Below the pieces are notes generated by a model that was given only the letters and a program-made list of their open reading frames with translations, was not told the origin of the DNA and ran no database searches. The position numbers and the translations under genes were made by a program. This document shows positions 59,030 through 64,000 of a stretch of 64,000 bases of DNA, piece after piece (within the stretch, counting starts at the first letter, position 1; the number at the start of each line of letters is the position of its first letter). This DNA comes from a virus. Location: IMG/VR virus record IMGVR_UViG_3300020578_000011, one strand, 5' to 3'.

Positions 59030-59983
59030 GTGGAGAGGTTAATTAAATCAAAAAATGGTCAATGGTCATTGATAAAGGTGGCCGATGAAGTTAAAAATAG
59101 AATAGCTGAAAAGGTGTCTAGAATGGCCGAACAAGGTCAGGGAGATGTCAAAGCAAACACCTCAGAAAGCATTTACAACATCCCTAAAGAAGCAAAGGAT
59201 TTCAATCCTCATATTCATTTATTTCATCCCAACGCATCAGATCCTCTTCATAGATTAAATCAAGATGAGTGGCATAGTCATTTTCAAAACATGATGCAAA
59301 ATGATAAATTAAACACTGATCAAATAGATACTCTGGAGGCAGAAAATAAGCGTCGTGACAATGTTATCCACATGGCGAATCAAAAAAAATCAAAAAAACC
59401 AGTCTTTGATCCAAGAGCTATAAAAAGAGGCGAGTCTGATGTAAGATTTGACAATGTAGATTATAAAGTGCGTATAGAAAGAGATTTTGGAGACATAGAT
59501 AGAATGTCTCCCGAAGATAGAGAAAAAATTAAACAACAACACAACCTATCTACAGAAAACATAATGCAAAGAAAAGAACAACAAGAAAAGCAGCAAGCAA
59601 AAAATAAAGAACTTGCAGATAGCCACGCTGCTGAAGTTGAAAGAGTCAAGCATGAAAAGTTTAAAGAAGCTCAAAAATCAATAATGAAAAATTTACCACT
59701 TAACGATAAAAAACAAATGGATGACCTTTATAAAAGAATATCCGGCAGTAAGGATCTTGCAGACAAAATATCAAGATACCTTCACATTGTACATGAAGTC
59801 AAACCAGATGGATCTGTTGCAAATATTTCTTACCATCTTAAAAATCATGCTAGTGAACAGTTAAACGACTTCGTCACATCAATGCGCGGCGACAATGCTC
59901 CGTACACTGAAAATAGATTTGTAGGATTAGACGATGTAAATCCACATGACACACCTAACTTGATTGATAAAAAGGGAGCTTGA
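59030..59983 (+). CDS. Probable head-internal protein with N-terminal LIKSKNGQWSL tag
   Basis: GTG start with its own TATAAT at 59001. Confidence 0.65.
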   Translation: MERLIKSKNGQWSLIKVADEVKNRIAEKVSRMAEQGQGDVKANTSESIYNIPKEAKDFNPHIHLFHPNASDPLHRLNQDEWHSHFQNMMQNDKLNTDQIDTLEAENKRRDNVIHMANQKKSKKPVFDPRAIKRGESDVRFDNVDYKVRIERDFGDIDRMSPEDREKIKQQHNLSTENIMQRKEQQEKQQAKNKELADSHAAEVERVKHEKFKEAQKSIMKNLPLNDKKQMDDLYKRISGSKDLADKISRYLHIVHEVKPDGSVANISYHLKNHASEQLNDFVTSMRGDNAPYTENRFVGLDDVNPHDTPNLIDKKGA

Positions 59984-59985
59984 TA

Positions 59986-60534
59986 ATGGAAAAGTTGATA
60001 AAATCAAAAAATGGTCAATGGTCTTTAACAAAAGCAAAAGACTCCTCTGGAGACAACGACAACAACGAGATGCTAATGTCTCAACTTAAGCAGATTGTTC
60101 ACCATGTTAAAGAATTGAATTCAAACATAGATAGATCGGGCAATGAGCCTGATTGGGTAAATGCTAAAATCACAGAGGCAGCAAAAGCATTGTCAGATGT
60201 TGCTCATTATATCGACGGTCTTAAAGATGTTAAAAAGACCGAAGAAATGAAAAAAAATATGAATGATGATATGGAAAAAGAAATAAGAAGATTGCAAGCC
60301 AATAAAGATGCTGCTGGTAACTTTATAAGACCTAGAGTCAAACCCGGTAAAGCAAATAGATTTATGCATGGTGGAGTTCAAGGTTGGAATCTATTTGATG
60401 AAAGAGTAGATGAAAAAATGCAAGGTAAGAAACCTAAAAAAGAGTCAACTGATAAAGCAAAAAGCATTCAACAACCAAATACTAAACCAAAAATAGTAAT
60501 CAGAAGAAAAAAACCTAGCACAACTGAGGAGTGA
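59986..60534 (+). CDS. Probable head-internal protein with N-terminal LIKSKNGQWSL tag
   Basis: GGGAG RBS; PDWVNAKITEA module. Confidence 0.65.
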   Translation: MEKLIKSKNGQWSLTKAKDSSGDNDNNEMLMSQLKQIVHHVKELNSNIDRSGNEPDWVNAKITEAAKALSDVAHYIDGLKDVKKTEEMKKNMNDDMEKEIRRLQANKDAAGNFIRPRVKPGKANRFMHGGVQGWNLFDERVDEKMQGKKPKKESTDKAKSIQQPNTKPKIVIRRKKPSTTEE

Positions 60535-60537
60535 TTT

Positions 60538-63243
60538 GTGTTTCAGAAGGATGAGGAGACAATCGACGTATTATCGACCCGTCATCTTGGTCTTATTCCA
60601 GAAGGCCATCCTGATCGTAAAAAAATAGCTCAGCATATTAATAATCTAAGAACATCAAATCCAAATGAAGCAAGACGTTTGTATGATCGTTTCATAAGTG
60701 GTGGCGGTAGCTACATCAAAGATAAATCTGAAATTAATATTAAAGTAAATAAATCAGAAAATAATATTAATTTAACTTTAAAAAATCATTTTGAAGGTTC
60801 TTCTACTTCTCCAACTGAGTACCACTATTCGGTTCACAAAAATGGTGATGAAATTGGTCGTGCAATTGTCTTTGATAAAGACCCAAGATCAATACACTCT
60901 CAAGGCAAAGAAGGTGCTTCTTTAAAAGATATAAGAATAAAACCAGAACATCATGGCAAAGGATACTCTGAGCACATAATCAATTCACTTGTTGAAAAAC
61001 ATGGTCCACTTGCGTCCGATAGTAGAGGAAATATATCCGAAGCCGGACATAAGATGTTTAGTAAATATGGTTCTTCAATAAAATCAAAAGAAAATAAAGA
61101 TTTATATATGTTTGGAGGATCTGTGAAAAAATATTTATCTACTGAAAAATTACCTTTGTATTCTGAGTACATAGAACCGCTACAAAAGGGCGAGAAGTTT
61201 CCTCATTTTTTGAATTTCATGGGTAACCACCCTAAAGCTCGAGAAACAGCTCAATGGGTTGATGAAAATATAAAACACAGAAATTTGGCTGAGTTAGCTA
61301 TGCGTCATGCAAAAACTAAGCCAGAGGGTCTTAACGACGAAGAAAAAACTCACATTAAGCACTTTAATGATTCACTGCATATGCCAGAAGTTCAAAAGGC
61401 TGCCGGTTCGATAACAAGTCAGCATGATTTTTCTAGTGGAATTGAGCTATTGAAAGAAGCGGAATCTGCTTATCAAAAAAGACATGCAAAAGAAGCTCCT
61501 ACGTTAGTTTCGACGGAAGGAGAAAAGTTATTAGATTTTGGCGATGGAGTTGGTGTTTATAGACTTCCGTTAAATGCAGACCGTAAAAATAAAAACGAAG
61601 CCACAGCTATGGGCCATTGTGCTACTCCACATAAAGGCGGGGAGTTGTGGTCTATTAGACGTGACCACGGTAATGGAATGGTTGAACCTTTAATATCCAT
61701 ATCGCACGAAGGCGGCTATCTTGGTGAAATGAAAGGAAAACATAATTGGAAGCCATCAGCAAAACATCACGGACATATTGCTAAGTTGTTGGCGTCCGAT
61801 AAAATTAAAGGGTTTGTTGGAGGAGGGTATGCTCCAGAAAGCAACTTTGAAATTTCTGATTTAAGTGAAGGATTTAAGAATAAATTATTAGAATATAAGC
61901 CATCTTTAATTCAAAAAGTTTATAAAGAAAATTTGCCAGAAGGGTTTCAAGGAGACTATAATCATACTCCTGAAATTAAAAGTATTTTTAGTACAAGTGA
62001 TTTAGCTGCTCAACAAAAATATTTAGCAAAAATTAGTGAAAATACGGACCAGCGTAGACGTGTTCTCTGGAGCGCAGCAACAAACCCACACACACACCCA
62101 GACATTCTTCACAAACTAGCAGAAGACTCTGACCAAGATGTTGTCTGGAGCGTATCACATAACCCAAATACACATCCAGATACTCTCCACAAACTAGCAG
62201 AAGACTCTGACTACGGTGTTCTCTGGAGCGTATCAACAAACCCAAATACACATCCAGATACTCTTCACAAACTAGCAGAAGACCCTGGATACGAGTTACG
62301 CGAAAACGTAGCACTACACCCAAATACACATCCAGATACTCTCCACAAACTAGCAGAAGACCCTTATGTTCGCAAAAGCGTAGCAACAAACCCACAATTC
62401 AAAAATTTACCGCTAGAAATACAACAAAAAGTAAGACCACTTGTAAATACACCTATTCAAAAAATTATTGCTATGATTAATGATGGAGAAAATAACCCAG
62501 ACCCTGCTCATGAAGCAACAGAAGAGCTAAAATTACGCCGTCAAGAAAAATACGACAAAATTCTTTCTCCAGAAGGAAACTTAAGTGATATTCAGCATTT
62601 ATCTGAATCACACAATAATAATATTGCAAGACGAGCTAGAAATGAATTAAAACGCAGAGGATTACAAAAATCAGATCTTGAGCATAGTTTAGAATTTGCT
62701 AAAAAATACAAATCTTTAGCCAAGCATGCAGTAGATCAAGGAGACAAAGAAGGTGCTACTAAATATATGAAATCTTTATTAATTCATTTACAAAAAAGTT
62801 ATCAATTTTTAAACAATGAAAGATTTGAAAAATCTCAAAAAAATCACCCTAAAGGTGGTCTTTCTAGAAAAGAAGCTAAAAAACACGGAATACATGCCGG
62901 CATAGAAACACACGATGAAGTTAAGAGAAAAGGTGGAGTAAGCAAACTATCTAACAAAACATCTGCTCGACGTAGAAGTTTTTGTGCTCGCCACTGTGGG
63001 ATGAAGCGCAAGTTTCCTAAAGCATACAAAGATAGGCAGTCAAAAGGAAACAAAGCACTCCGCGTATGGCATTGTGGATCTTGTTCTAATTGGCTTAAGA
63101 AATCAATTGGAGCAGATGATACAATAAAATTCTATGAAGATCAAGACAATTTAATAATAGAATTTGACAATGATGTTCCACATGAAATAGAAACACTTGT
63201 CGTCGCATCTATTCTAGCTAAAGGATTTAAAGAAAATGAATAA
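60538..63243 (+). CDS. Polyvalent protein: GNAT-like + PcfJ-like + LRV repeats + DUF6321-like
   Basis: IKPEHHGKGYS (acetyl-CoA motif), EATAMGHC...EMKGKHN, NPNTHPDTLHKLAED repeats, and RRRSFCAR...KALRVWHC. Confidence 0.7.
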   Translation: MFQKDEETIDVLSTRHLGLIPEGHPDRKKIAQHINNLRTSNPNEARRLYDRFISGGGSYIKDKSEINIKVNKSENNINLTLKNHFEGSSTSPTEYHYSVHKNGDEIGRAIVFDKDPRSIHSQGKEGASLKDIRIKPEHHGKGYSEHIINSLVEKHGPLASDSRGNISEAGHKMFSKYGSSIKSKENKDLYMFGGSVKKYLSTEKLPLYSEYIEPLQKGEKFPHFLNFMGNHPKARETAQWVDENIKHRNLAELAMRHAKTKPEGLNDEEKTHIKHFNDSLHMPEVQKAAGSITSQHDFSSGIELLKEAESAYQKRHAKEAPTLVSTEGEKLLDFGDGVGVYRLPLNADRKNKNEATAMGHCATPHKGGELWSIRRDHGNGMVEPLISISHEGGYLGEMKGKHNWKPSAKHHGHIAKLLASDKIKGFVGGGYAPESNFEISDLSEGFKNKLLEYKPSLIQKVYKENLPEGFQGDYNHTPEIKSIFSTSDLAAQQKYLAKISENTDQRRRVLWSAATNPHTHPDILHKLAEDSDQDVVWSVSHNPNTHPDTLHKLAEDSDYGVLWSVSTNPNTHPDTLHKLAEDPGYELRENVALHPNTHPDTLHKLAEDPYVRKSVATNPQFKNLPLEIQQKVRPLVNTPIQKIIAMINDGENNPDPAHEATEELKLRRQEKYDKILSPEGNLSDIQHLSESHNNNIARRARNELKRRGLQKSDLEHSLEFAKKYKSLAKHAVDQGDKEGATKYMKSLLIHLQKSYQFLNNERFEKSQKNHPKGGLSRKEAKKHGIHAGIETHDEVKRKGGVSKLSNKTSARRRSFCARHCGMKRKFPKAYKDRQSKGNKALRVWHCGSCSNWLKKSIGADDTIKFYEDQDNLIIEFDNDVPHEIETLVVASILAKGFKENE
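62060..62395 (+). repeat. 72-bp-period tandem repeats encoding leucine-rich-variant (LRV) repeats
   Basis: Four to five near-identical copies of aacccaaatacacatccagatactct(c/t)cacaaactagcagaagac. Confidence 0.9.
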
Positions 63244-63883
63244 AGAATTAATAGAACTTTATAAATCAAAACCAGAACTAATAGACGAGCACAAGAAACT
63301 TGTTCAAGTTCTTCGCCACGGCACCGATACTGAACAAAAAAAAGAAGCAGAACGTCAGCTAAAAGAACTTAAAGAAATGTTAAATAAAGAAGAGAAAAAC
63401 TCTGATGATAAAAAAACACACTTGTCTACAGATGGAAAAACCTTTATCAATGGTTCTAGCATTAAAAAAATCTTAGATAGAGGGGTGAAGAATGGAGTGC
63501 AAACAAGAACATATGAAATGCATGATGGATCTGTAAAAGAAGCATACTTTCCCCACTATGAAGAATTAAAAAATTCTCCTAATCATTATCAATTAAGTAA
63601 ACTAACTAAAGAAGAATTAGAAAAAAGATGCTGGGAAGGATACAGACCCGTTGCCGGTAAAAAGCCGTATGAAAAGGGCTCTTGCGAACCTGTGTCAAAG
63701 CAAGAAGTGTTAAAAATAGAAAAAAATGGCCAATGGTCTCTTGATAAGAGCAATAATATAAAACCTTTTGGTGAAAATATATTTGATACTACAGCAAATA
63801 TTCAAAGAAAAGCTAAAAGACTTGGTGAGGTTCAAGAAGGAGTGGGTGCTAATCAAGCTGTTCATCCGTTCACAGGCCTTTGA
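63236..63883 (+). CDS. Probable head-internal multi-motif protein (CWxGY and NGQWSL motifs); frame stays open past the TGA
   Basis: CWEGYRPV...GSC and KNGQWSLDKS motifs; 39 further sense codons in the same frame to the window end. Confidence 0.6.
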   Translation: MNKELIELYKSKPELIDEHKKLVQVLRHGTDTEQKKEAERQLKELKEMLNKEEKNSDDKKTHLSTDGKTFINGSSIKKILDRGVKNGVQTRTYEMHDGSVKEAYFPHYEELKNSPNHYQLSKLTKEELEKRCWEGYRPVAGKKPYEKGSCEPVSKQEVLKIEKNGQWSLDKSNNIKPFGENIFDTTANIQRKAKRLGEVQEGVGANQAVHPFTGL

Positions 63884-64000
63884 GGAACTGCTAATGAACA
63901 AGCAAAAAGAAAATCTCAAGAAGACATTGAACAAAGCAAGAAAAAAGTAACTTCATACGATTTTTCTGGCGTCAAGCCAGAGCACCATGCTCAGGTTGTG

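Noticed and set aside
62060-62395. Regular repeats resembling a CRISPR array
   Set aside because: The period is a multiple of 3 and in frame, it encodes LRV repeats, there are no unique spacers, and no cas genes are present.
1-64000. Genome-wide stop-codon reassignment (TAG or TGA)
   Set aside because: Conserved genes are full-length in code 11 and end at TAA, TGA or TAG at natural positions. Only one suspicious in-frame TGA was seen (63881).

Overview
This is a 64-kb segment of a large, AT-rich (roughly 30% GC by eye) myovirus-like phage genome, densely coding in the standard genetic code. From left to right: (i) 1-18.3 kb baseplate and tail-fibre module, with a giant baseplate-J-type protein, fibres, a beta-propeller and a collar protein. 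(ii) 18.5-22 kb minus-strand replication cassette: DnaB-like helicase, lambda-O/RepA-like initiator containing an iteron-type origin, and primase. (iii) 22-42 kb DNA metabolism: SF2 helicase, all-alpha dUTPase, divergent MTase, GroEL, SbcC/SbcD, RuvC, T5 A1-like phosphoesterase, DnaE fused to a DEDDh exonuclease, SSB, UvsY and RecA. (iv) 42-54 kb packaging and head genes: TerS, TerL with a LAGLIDADG intein, portal, protease, scaffold and major capsid. (v) 54-64 kb probable head-internal and polyvalent proteins. I saw no tRNA, rRNA, CRISPR array, integrase or reverse transcriptase. The strongest candidates for undescribed biology are four. First, a ~240-nt GC-rich, promoter-driven, rod-folding 6S-like ncRNA at 23.43-23.67 kb, which occurs alongside stand-alone sigma-region-2 and sigma-region-4 proteins and extended -10 promoters and may form a host RNA polymerase takeover kit. 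Second, a capsid-loading and processing code: a shared NGQWSLxK tag plus LxK|S/A sites that delimit domains of polyvalent proteins. Third, a prohead protease carrying a copy of the capsid N-arm. Fourth, an overprinted ORF inside the SSB tail. All family assignments come from motif recognition by eye, not from database searches.
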